A stretch of DNA of 24,000 bases, from the NCBI GenBank assembly GCA_903915555.1, contig CAIWTL010000514.1, positions 4,139-28,138 of the forward strand, given 5' to 3'. The translations under genes and the position numbers were made by a program. Below are positions 15,151-22,886 of this stretch, piece by piece. Below the pieces are notes generated by a model that saw only the letters and a list, made by a program, of their open reading frames with translations, did no database searches and was not told the DNA's origin. Numbering within the stretch: position 1 is the first letter of the stretch; every line of letters begins with the position of its first letter. The DNA is from an uncultured Micrococcales bacterium. GTDB lineage: Bacteria; Actinomycetota; Actinomycetes; S36-B12; GCA-2699445.

Positions 15151-15774
15151 ATGGGAGCCGGTCGTCGTTTGATCGTTGTGTGTGCCGCTGTTGCGATGTC
15201 GGGGTTGGGCGGGGGTCTCACCGCGCCGACTGCCTCGGCGGCGACGGTGAAGGTGTGTGTGAAGAAGAAGGGTGGGGCCATGCGTGAGGTCCCGGCCAAG
15301 AAGAAGTGTAGGAGCAGTGAGCGCACGCGGTTGCTGAACGTTCCCGGGCCCTCCGGTCCGACCGGACCGACCGGACCCTCCGGGCCCGCAGGCCCCTCGG
15401 GACCCACCGGGCCGAGCGACGTCTACTGGGCCAGGTCCGACGTGGATGTCGATTTCCAGGCGCTCACCTCGGTGGTGAGCCGGACGCTACCGGCCGGCAA
15501 GTACCAGTTGGTGGGCTCCGCCGCGTTGGGCCGGATCGCTCCGGCGGTCCTGACCGGCTGCGAGGTCTACCTGGCCGACGAGCCGGTCGGCTCGCTCGCC
15601 TGGGCCTCGGTGGGCGCCGATGACAGCACTTTCGCCACTCTGGTCAGCGTGGGCACGGCCACCGTCCTCCCCGGAGGCGGAACGGTGCACGTCAGGTGCA
15701 GTGCCCTCGGGACGGTGACGAGCACCAGTGCCGCCATCTCCGCGACCAAGGTGGGCGAGATCCACAAGTCCTGA
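15151..15774 (+). CDS. Secreted collagen-like-repeat protein with beta-rich C-terminal domain
   Basis: ORF 15145..15774. ATG 15151 has GGAG 5 nt upstream. It has a signal peptide (..GGLTAPTASA|A), a basic two-Cys segment, eight GPX triplets and a C-terminal domain of about 118 aa with alternating hydrophobic strands. Confidence 0.7.
   Translation: MGAGRRLIVVCAAVAMSGLGGGLTAPTASAATVKVCVKKKGGAMREVPAKKKCRSSERTRLLNVPGPSGPTGPTGPSGPAGPSGPTGPSDVYWARSDVDVDFQALTSVVSRTLPAGKYQLVGSAALGRIAPAVLTGCEVYLADEPVGSLAWASVGADDSTFATLVSVGTATVLPGGGTVHVRCSALGTVTSTSAAISATKVGEIHKS
15346..15417 (+). repeat. Collagen-like triplet repeat, 8 x Gly-Pro-X (GPS GPT GPT GPS GPA GPS GPT GPS)
   Basis: Read codon by codon from 15346 (GGG CCC TCC ...) to 15417 (.. 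CCG AGC). The run is uninterrupted. Confidence 0.95.
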
Positions 15775-15788
15775 ACCGCCGAGAGCGA

Positions 15789-15804
15789 CCGCGCCGCGGC
15801 GCGG
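15789..15804. terminator. Perfect 16-nt GC palindrome CCGCGCCGCGGCGCGG between convergent genes (possible bidirectional terminator hairpin)
   Basis: It lies in the 60-nt gap between the stop at 15774 (+) and the cydB stop at 15835 (-) and is its own reverse complement. There are no flanking T/A tracts. Confidence 0.35.
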
Positions 15805-15834
15805 CCGGACTGTGGCGATCCCCGGTCGGCGACG

Positions 15835-16932
15835 TCAGGACGAGCCAGCCGCCTCCCTGGCCCGGGCCCCGGTCTCGGCTGCCTCCGCGGGGGTGTCCAG
15901 TGAACCGGCGTACGGGTCGACGATGTGCTTGGGATCGACCCGCTGCCGGAACACCCAGTACGTCCAGGCCTGGTAGGCCAGTACGACCGGAGTCAGCAGC
16001 AGCGCCACCCACGTCATGATCGTCAACGTGTATTCGGACGACGAGGCGTCGGCGATCGTCATTCCGGGCAGCGCCCGGTCCACGTTCGGCATCACGTACG
16101 GGTAGAGCATCCCGAACAGGGCGCTCACCGCGGCGGCGAGGGTCACCGAGTTGAAGATGAACGCCCAGCCCTCACGACCGCGGAAGTTCGCCGCGATCCC
16201 GGCCAGCCAGCTCACGGCGGCGATCAGGACGGGGATCCAGGTCCAGGTCTTTCCGCTGTAGGCCAACTGCGACCAGACGAGGAAGACCACGGCCACAACA
16301 GCCGCCACCAGACCGAGTCTCACCGCCAGTTGCTGAGCTCGGTCCCGCAACGGGTTCGTGGTCTTGAGGGCTACGAAGACCGCACCATGGGTGAGGAACA
16401 GCGTCAGCGTTGTCAGCCCACCGATGAGGGAATAGGGATTGAGCAGGTCCAGGAACCCGCCGGTGTAGATCCAGCCCCCCTGCCCGTCGGCCTGCACCGT
16501 GACCCCCCGCACGAGGTTGCCGAAGGCGACGCCCCACAGCAGAGCGGGGACGAAAGAACCGATGACGATCATCGCGTCGAATCGCCTGCGCCACTGCGGG
16601 TCGGACCGCTTGCTGCGGTACTCGAAGGACACCCCACGCAGGATCAGGGCGACCAGGATCAGCAGCAGGGGAAGGTAGAAGCCGCTGAACATCGTGGCGT
16701 ACCACGTGGGGAAAGCCGCGAAGGTTGCGCCTCCGGCGGTCAGCAGCCACACCTCGTTGCCGTCCCAGACCGGACCCAGTGTCGTGAGCAGCGCGCGCTT
16801 CTCGCGTTCCGTCCTGCCGAGGACGGGCAGCAGGATCCCGACGCCGTAGTCGAATCCCTCGAGGACGAAGTAGCCGATCCACAGGACGGCGATGAGGCCG
16901 AACCAGATGATCTGAAGGGTTTCCAGTGACAT
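15835..16932 (-). CDS. cydB: Cytochrome bd ubiquinol/menaquinol oxidase subunit II
   Basis: ORF 15835..16938. ATG 16932 is preferred, with GAGGAG at 16944..16939 overlapping the cydA stop (TGAGGAG). The N-terminus MSLETLQIIWFGLIAVLWIGYFVLEGFDYGVGILLP is the CydB signature. Confidence 0.9.
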   Translation of the reverse strand: MSLETLQIIWFGLIAVLWIGYFVLEGFDYGVGILLPVLGRTEREKRALLTTLGPVWDGNEVWLLTAGGATFAAFPTWYATMFSGFYLPLLLILVALILRGVSFEYRSKRSDPQWRRRFDAMIVIGSFVPALLWGVAFGNLVRGVTVQADGQGGWIYTGGFLDLLNPYSLIGGLTTLTLFLTHGAVFVALKTTNPLRDRAQQLAVRLGLVAAVVAVVFLVWSQLAYSGKTWTWIPVLIAAVSWLAGIAANFRGREGWAFIFNSVTLAAAVSALFGMLYPYVMPNVDRALPGMTIADASSSEYTLTIMTWVALLLTPVVLAYQAWTYWVFRQRVDPKHIVDPYAGSLDTPAEAAETGARAREAAGSS

Positions 16933-16942
16933 CGCCAACTCC

Positions 16943-18361
16943 TCAGTACGTCACGGTCAATTCGCGGTCGGGATCGCCGTGGTCGGCGAAGGGGTCGACC
17001 ACCACCTCCGGTGGCCCCTGCCTGATGGCCCGCAGCAGGAGCCCGACCTCGACCACGGCCAGGGCCCCGTAGATCAGCGTGAAGACGACGAGACTCGTGA
17101 GGACCTCGGCCGCACCGACGCCGGGGGACACCCCTTCGGCGGTCGGCATCAGACCGAACACGATCCACGGCTGGCGTCCCATCTCGGTGAAGATCCAGCC
17201 GGCCGAGTTCGCCAGCAGCGGCATGAGCGGCGCGATGATCGCCATCCGCACCAGCCACTTCGACTCCGGTGTGCGACCCCTGCGCGCGGCCCACCAGCCG
17301 ACCGCGGCGAACAGGGCGGCCAGCATCCCGAACCCGATCATGAGCCGGAATCCCCAGTAGGTGACGGGGATGTTCGGGGTGTAGGACTCGAGGTCGAACT
17401 GCGGCCCGTACTGCTCCTGGTACTGCTGCTCGAGGTTGTCGATGCCCTCGACCCTGCCGTCGAAGGTGCCCGTGGCCAGGAATGACAGGGCGTTGGGGAC
17501 CTCGAGGCTGAAGATGGGCTCCGACCCGTCGAGTGTTCCGATGGTGAACAGGCTGAACGGGGCCGGCTGGGCCGTCTCGTAGAGGGCTTCGGCGGCGGCC
17601 ATCTTCATGGGCTGCTGCTGGACCATGATCTTGGCGTCCTGGTCGCCGGTGATCCCGAGCGCGGCCGCGGCCACGACCGCCACCACAGCTCCGACCTTCA
17701 GCGTGGCCCGCGCCATCGCCTCGGCACCGCTCTTCCTGCGCATGATGAGCCACAGCGAGACGCCGGCCATCAGGGCGCCCGCGGTGAGGAAGGCGGCCGA
17801 GATGGTGTGCAGCCACGCGATGACGGCGGTGTTCTGGAACAGCACCTCGGTGAACGACGTCATCTGGGCGCGGTTCTTCTCGGGGTCGAACACGTAGCCG
17901 ACGGGGTGCTGCATCCACGCGTTGGCCGCGAGGATCATGTAGGCGCTCATCGCCGTCCCGACGGCCGCCAGCCAGATCGTGAGCAGATGCACCTTCTTCG
18001 GCAGGCGGTCCCACCCGAAGATCCACAGACCGAGGAACGTCGACTCCAGGAAGAACGTGAGCAGGGCCTCGACGGCCAGGGGTGCTCCGAAGATGTCACC
18101 GACGTAGCGCGAGTAGTTCGACCAGTTCATCCCGAACTGGAACTCCTGCACGATCCCGGTGACCACACCCATCGCGAAGTTGATGAGGAACAACTTCCCG
18201 AAGAACTTGGTCGCCTGCAGGTACTTGTCGTTGCCGGTACGGACCCAGGCGGTCTGCAGACCGGCCACGAGGAATGCCATGCCGATCGTGATGGGCACGA
18301 AAAGGAAGTGGTAGACGGTGGTGATCCCGAACTGCCATCGGGCGATATCGAGCGGATCCAC
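16943..18361 (-). CDS. cydA: Cytochrome bd ubiquinol/menaquinol oxidase subunit I
   Basis: 472-aa ORF with WQFGITTVYHFLFVPITIG, GVVTGIVQEFQFGMNW and PWIVFGLM. GTG start at 18361 with GAGGAG at 18373..18368. Confidence 0.95.
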   Translation of the reverse strand: MDPLDIARWQFGITTVYHFLFVPITIGMAFLVAGLQTAWVRTGNDKYLQATKFFGKLFLINFAMGVVTGIVQEFQFGMNWSNYSRYVGDIFGAPLAVEALLTFFLESTFLGLWIFGWDRLPKKVHLLTIWLAAVGTAMSAYMILAANAWMQHPVGYVFDPEKNRAQMTSFTEVLFQNTAVIAWLHTISAAFLTAGALMAGVSLWLIMRRKSGAEAMARATLKVGAVVAVVAAAALGITGDQDAKIMVQQQPMKMAAAEALYETAQPAPFSLFTIGTLDGSEPIFSLEVPNALSFLATGTFDGRVEGIDNLEQQYQEQYGPQFDLESYTPNIPVTYWGFRLMIGFGMLAALFAAVGWWAARRGRTPESKWLVRMAIIAPLMPLLANSAGWIFTEMGRQPWIVFGLMPTAEGVSPGVGAAEVLTSLVVFTLIYGALAVVEVGLLLRAIRQGPPEVVVDPFADHGDPDRELTVTY

Positions 18362-18582
18362 GAGTGACTCCTCAACAGATGACTACGGCACACATGATGG
18401 TCCGGCCGTGGGGCGCCGTCTGTCCCTCATCGGGCCGTCACGCGTGACTGCGCGGCAAGTCAGGACGAAGGTCCCGGCCGCGGCCAGGTCTCGGACCCGT
18501 CCACTCTTCGGATTCCGTGTCATGGCGCGGATCGCGCCGCGAGTCGCTGCGCGACGATCGCGCCGCGGTGCACGATGTCCGT

Positions 18583-19173
18583 ATGCGCAAGGTCGGTGTC
18601 ATCGCGGGGGTGCTGCTCGTCGTGGCCGGACTGGCTGTTGTGGTGACGGCGGTGATCGGCGGCGTCCAGGGGTTCGTCGGCGCGTTGACGCCCGTCGCCC
18701 AGTGGTCGTCGCCGGGCAGCCACCGCGCCCAGCTGCCCGCGGGGGACTGGGTGGTCTTCCAGGCGGCCGCGCAGGGGGCGCCGACCCGTACCCTCATCGC
18801 GTGGGACGACGTCACCGTGACGGGTCCCGGGGGACGCGTGACCACTGCGTGTGGCTACTGCGGGACTTCGGAGACCCTGACGCTCGGCCGTGACCATTAC
18901 GTCGGCATCATCCGGTTCACCGCCGAGGAGCCCGGCACCTACACCTTCACCAGCGAGTCGGGGTCCGCGGACCTCGTGGTGGCGCCCCCGGCGCTGCAGA
19001 CCGTGGGGGGTGTCTTCGCATCCCTGGGCTGGATCGCGCTCGGGGTGCTGCTGATCGCGGTCGGTTCGGTGTTGCTGCTCGTGGTGCTGGTCCTCCATCT
19101 CACGAGGAAGAAGGCCCCACCCTCGGGTCCGCCGCCGGCATCGTGGCCGCCGCCCAGCGGCTCACCTGTCTGA
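18583..19173 (+). CDS. Hypothetical two-TM membrane protein with extracytoplasmic beta-rich domain and Pro-rich cytoplasmic tail
   Basis: ORF 18517..19173, with ATG 18583 (MRKVGVIAGVLLVVAGLAVVV..) preferred. The second TM is FASLGWIALGVLLIAVGSVLLLVVLVL and the tail is KKAPPSGPPPASWPPPSGSPV. No family recognised. Confidence 0.6.
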   Translation: MRKVGVIAGVLLVVAGLAVVVTAVIGGVQGFVGALTPVAQWSSPGSHRAQLPAGDWVVFQAAAQGAPTRTLIAWDDVTVTGPGGRVTTACGYCGTSETLTLGRDHYVGIIRFTAEEPGTYTFTSESGSADLVVAPPALQTVGGVFASLGWIALGVLLIAVGSVLLLVVLVLHLTRKKAPPSGPPPASWPPPSGSPV

Positions 19174-19188
19174 CGCAGGATCGGAAGG

Positions 19189-20445
19189 TCAGGCTCCGCC
19201 GATCCCGGCGAACATCTCGAGCGCCTTGGGGGTGTCCCACTTGACGGCCTGCTGGCCGTCGACCCAGTAGGAGTCGGACTCGATGGGGACGGTTGTCTGC
19301 TCACCCAGGCCCGCCGAGATCATGCCGAGGGCCAGCGCCATGCGGCCGTCGGCGATGACGCCGGTCCCCTCGTCGACGGTCAGCGACGACGCTGCCGCGC
19401 GGTCCACGGAGAACATCTTCAACGGGTTGAGGAAGGTCAGGGGGTTCGCGGTCTTGGCCGCCACCGCCTTCACGTACTCCTGCTGGCGTTCGGCGCGGCC
19501 GATGTCGCCCTTGGGGTCGGCGTAACGCATGCGGACGTAGGCGAGCGCGGTCGGACCGTCCATCTCCTGGCAGCCGGCCTTGACGTTCAACCCGGAGTTC
19601 TGGTCGTCGTAGTTGTCCTTGGGGCACAGCGTCACGCCGCCGAGGGAATCGGCGATGTCGGCGACGCCGAGCATGCCGATCTCGACGTAGTGGTCGATGT
19701 GGACACCCGTGGTGTCCTCGACGGTCTGGATGAGCAGTGGCGGACCACCGATCGCGTACGCCGAGTTGATCTTCCCCGACCCGTTCCCGGGGATCGGAAC
19801 CCACGAGTCGCGGGGGATCGAGATGAGAGTCGGCGTACCGATCGTGGGCACGTGCAACAGCATGATGGTGTCGGTGCGTTGTCCGTCCGTGTTGCCCGTG
19901 TGCAGCCTGCGCTGCTCCTTGCGGGTCAACTCCTCACGCCCGTCGGAGCCTACGAGCAGGTAGTTGGAGCCCGCCGTGTCCGCGATCTGCTGGGCCGGCA
20001 TGGCGTCGATCTTGTCGACGTTGATCGCGAAGTACCCGACGAGAGCCGCGGCGTAGACCAGGAATCCCACGAGGACCCACAGCAGCACGCGCTTGATGCC
20101 ACCGCGCTTCCGCGGCTGGGCGGGGGCTGCGACCGGACGCCCAGCCGGGCCGGGGGGTGGGGGTGTGGTGTTCGGGCCCACGGAGGCGCGGGGCGGGAGC
20201 ACGGCGGTGGCGCCGGGGTCACCGGCCCGGCCGGTGGCCGAGGGTGCCGGGGCCGTTCCGCCCGCCGACGAAGAGGCAGGCGGCGGATCGCGGAAGAGGT
20301 CGGAGAAGTCGGACAGGGCGGTGTCGCTCACGACGTCGTGCCGTGGCGTGTTCCGACCGGGGATCACGGGATCACCGGTGGGAGGGCGCAGCAGACGCTC
20401 GTACTCGGGCGGCAGCGCGCCCGGATCGCCCTGCTTGTCAGTCAT
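19189..20445 (-). CDS. LytR-CpsA-Psr (LCP) family cell-wall glycopolymer ligase
   Basis: ORF 19189..20874, with the real start at ATG 20445 (MTDKQGD..). It has a Pro-rich cytoplasmic head of about 115 aa and one TM (VLLWVLVGFLVYAAALVGYFAI). LCP blocks are NYLLVGSDGRE, RTDTIMLLHV, LISIPRDSWVPIPG and KINSAYAIGGP. Confidence 0.85.
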   Translation of the reverse strand: MTDKQGDPGALPPEYERLLRPPTGDPVIPGRNTPRHDVVSDTALSDFSDLFRDPPPASSSAGGTAPAPSATGRAGDPGATAVLPPRASVGPNTTPPPPGPAGRPVAAPAQPRKRGGIKRVLLWVLVGFLVYAAALVGYFAINVDKIDAMPAQQIADTAGSNYLLVGSDGREELTRKEQRRLHTGNTDGQRTDTIMLLHVPTIGTPTLISIPRDSWVPIPGNGSGKINSAYAIGGPPLLIQTVEDTTGVHIDHYVEIGMLGVADIADSLGGVTLCPKDNYDDQNSGLNVKAGCQEMDGPTALAYVRMRYADPKGDIGRAERQQEYVKAVAAKTANPLTFLNPLKMFSVDRAAASSLTVDEGTGVIADGRMALALGMISAGLGEQTTVPIESDSYWVDGQQAVKWDTPKALEMFAGIGGA

Positions 20446-20638
20446 GCGCCAAGTGTGCCCCGACGACCGCGATGAAACCGGGGGCGGAATCCCCGTAACC
20501 GGCTTGATACGTACGAGGACTGTCAGAGCCACCCGATCGGGCGCTCGGATTCCGTGGCTCCGCCTCGCTCTCCCCCGGAGCGTCCGGAATTCGGGCGTTC
20601 CATTCAATGAATCCGCTGTTCCGTACGAAACAGGACGA

Positions 20639-22138
20639 ATGCGTGGGATTGCGACTTGTGGTGCTGGGATGGCGGCTGTGCTGACAGCCGTCGGTCTCGT
20701 CGTGCCCGCAGCGCAGGCCGCCGGTTCATCCGACACGGTCGGCGCCCCCGCCTGGGCGGTCCCGAACGAGTCCGTCAACGAGTCCCCCGAACTCCTCGCC
20801 GAGGGGGTCGGCCGCAGGGAGAGCGCCGAGATCGTGGTCGTCACGGCCGACGACCGGGGTCTGCACGTCGACACGGTGCCCGCCGACGGTCACAACGCAG
20901 CCGTCGACACCATCTCCGAAGCCCAGACCCGGTCCGGCGTGGTGTCGGTCGGCGTCGACCAGCCGGTCGAGGCGTTCGGTGACCCGCTCGAGGGCCAGCA
21001 GTGGGCGCTGCAGACGATGCGCACCCCTACGGCGTGGAACACCACACGCGGCAACGGCGTCGTCGTCGCCGTCGTCGACTCCGGGGTCGACGGCTCCCAC
21101 CCGGATCTCCAGGGAGCCCTCGTCGCGGGCAAGAACACGCGCACAGAGCGGGGCGACTACTCCTCGCCTGCCACTGACGCGGACGGTCATGGCACCCACG
21201 TCGCCGGCATCATCGCCGCCCGGTCCGGCAACGGTTTGGGCATCAGCGGAGTCGCCCCGCAGGCCAAGGTCATGCCGATCAAGGCACTCGACGCCGACGG
21301 AACCGGCTTCATGTCGGACGTCATGGAGGGCATCATCTGGGCCACGGACAAGGGCGCCGGTGTCATCAACGTGAGCCTCGGTGGCCACGATGCGACATTC
21401 GCCGACTCCGCCGTCTCCTACGCACTGAGCCGGGGCGTGGTGGTTGTGGCGGCGGCCGGCAACGACGGCTCGGCACAACCCATGTACCCCGCGGCGCTCC
21501 CGGGCGTCCTCGCGGTGGCGGCGGTCGACCAGGACGGCCAACCGGCCGGCTACTCCAACTACGGGGACTCCTGGGTCGATGTGGCTGCTCCGGGAACGGA
21601 CATCGTGTCCACCACTCCAGGAGCCCGATACGCGACCTGGACCGGTACGTCCATGGCCACGCCGCAGGTGGCGGGGGTGGCAGCGCTGATCCGGTCGGCA
21701 TCGCCTTCCGCCGACGCCGCGGCTGTCATCGGGTCAACGGCCTACGACGCGGGCGTCCCCGGGCACGACCGCGCCTTCGGGACCGGCGTCGTCGATGCGT
21801 CCGCCGCAGTAGCCCGGGTCGCTCCGACCCCGCAGCAACCCGCTCCCGCTCAGCCCGTGCAGCCGAAGGACCCGGTGCTGAGGACCCAGTCGGTCAAGAT
21901 CCCGACCAGTGTGGCTGTCCGGAAGTCCAAGAGCCTGCCGACCCGCACGCAGGAGGGCACGCCCATCAGGACGTGGAAGGTCATCTCCCGCCGCAAGTGC
22001 TCAGTCGTCTCTCGCGCCGGAGCGGCCCGGGTGGTCGGGAAACGGGCGGGCGTATGCTCGCTGACCGCGGCGGCGCCTGCGGCGGCCGGTCTGGCCGCCT
22101 ACAACGGGACTCTGCGACTGCGCGTGGTCAGGCGCTAG
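20639..22138 (+). CDS. Secreted S8-family (subtilisin-like) serine peptidase with Pro-rich linker and C-terminal Ig-like/basic domain
   Basis: ORF 20093..22138, with the real start at ATG 20639 (signal peptide MRGIATCGAGMAAVLTAVGLVVPAAQA). Catalytic triad blocks are VVAVVDSGVDGSHPDL (Asp), HGTHVAGIIAA (His) and GTSMATPQVAGVAALI (Ser). Confidence 0.85.
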   Translation: MRGIATCGAGMAAVLTAVGLVVPAAQAAGSSDTVGAPAWAVPNESVNESPELLAEGVGRRESAEIVVVTADDRGLHVDTVPADGHNAAVDTISEAQTRSGVVSVGVDQPVEAFGDPLEGQQWALQTMRTPTAWNTTRGNGVVVAVVDSGVDGSHPDLQGALVAGKNTRTERGDYSSPATDADGHGTHVAGIIAARSGNGLGISGVAPQAKVMPIKALDADGTGFMSDVMEGIIWATDKGAGVINVSLGGHDATFADSAVSYALSRGVVVVAAAGNDGSAQPMYPAALPGVLAVAAVDQDGQPAGYSNYGDSWVDVAAPGTDIVSTTPGARYATWTGTSMATPQVAGVAALIRSASPSADAAAVIGSTAYDAGVPGHDRAFGTGVVDASAAVARVAPTPQQPAPAQPVQPKDPVLRTQSVKIPTSVAVRKSKSLPTRTQEGTPIRTWKVISRRKCSVVSRAGAARVVGKRAGVCSLTAAAPAAAGLAAYNGTLRLRVVRR

Positions 22139-22213
22139 TCCGGTCCGATGGTCCGCGTCGTATAGCCTCCCTGCAGACCGGCTGATCAGGTGAGCCGACG
22201 CAGGGAGTTCCGC

Positions 22214-22789
22214 ATGCTGTTGTCCGACCGGGATATCCGGGCCGAACTGGCCCAGGGCCGTGTGGCCGTCGAGCCCTACTCCGAGCAGATGGTGCAGCCG
22301 TCGAGCCTGGACGTCCGCCTCGACAAGTTCTTCCGTGTGTTCGAGAACCATCGCTACCCGCACATCGACCCGGCCGAGGAGCAGCCCGACCTGACCCGTG
22401 AGGTCGAGGCGCTTCCCGACGAGCCGTTCATCCTGCATCCCGGTGAGTTCGTGCTCGCCTCGACCTACGAGGTCGTCACGTTGCCCGACGACATCGCGGG
22501 GCGGCTCGAGGGCAAGTCGAGTCTCGGTCGCCTGGGTCTGCTCACCCACTCCACAGCCGGGTTCATCGATCCGGGGTTCAGCGGGCATGTGACCCTCGAA
22601 CTCTCCAATGTGGCGACGCTGCCCATCAAACTGTGGCCCGGCATGAAGATCGGTCAACTCTGCCTCTTCCGGCTGTCCTCGCCGGCCGAGCACCCGTACG
22701 GCTCCGACCGGTACGGCTCCCGTTATCAGGGGCAGCGGGGGCCCACCCCGAGCCGGTCACATCTGAACTTCCACCGCACCGAGTTGTAG
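22214..22789 (+). CDS. dcd: dCTP deaminase (likely the dUMP-forming bifunctional type seen in actinobacteria)
   Basis: ORF 22190..22789, with ATG 22214 giving [12 protein letters not shown]... Further blocks are [23 protein letters not shown] and [20 protein letters not shown]. Confidence 0.9.
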   Translation: MLLSDRDIRAELAQGRVAVEPYSEQMVQPSSLDVRLDKFFRVFENHRYPHIDPAEEQPDLTREVEALPDEPFILHPGEFVLASTYEVVTLPDDIAGRLEGKSSLGRLGLLTHSTAGFIDPGFSGHVTLELSNVATLPIKLWPGMKIGQLCLFRLSSPAEHPYGSDRYGSRYQGQRGPTPSRSHLNFHRTEL

Positions 22790-22886
22790 GGGCCGGGCTG
22801 TTCCGGCGCCCGGACCCGACTGCTACGTTCCGAACTGACGGCACGCGCGATCGCCTCACCGCCCGCGGGCCAGAGAGGAACACGCG

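Noticed and set aside
14922-15407. Minus-strand ORF that also shows GPX-like triplets (GPEGPAGPEGPVGPVGPEGPG)
   Set aside because: It is the mirror image of the plus-strand collagen repeat, because GGN CCN periodicity reads as Gly-Pro on both strands. The rest of the ORF is antisense to the aminotransferase 3' end and lacks a signal peptide or SD.
15925-18026. 334-aa plus-strand ORF (15925..16929) and 428-aa off-frame minus-strand ORF (16740..18026) over cydB/cydA
   Set aside because: The cydA and cydB frames have unmistakable signatures and SD-coupled starts. The alternative frames give charged, low-complexity products.
20093-20874. Mutually overlapping N-terminal extensions of the S8 protease ORF (from 20093) and the LCP ORF (up to 20874)
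   Set aside because: The two extensions overlap each other on opposite strands and encode Arg/Gly/Pro-rich sequence. Internal ATGs (20639 with a signal peptide; 20445 giving MTDKQGD) yield sensible proteins and a normal 193-nt divergent promoter region.
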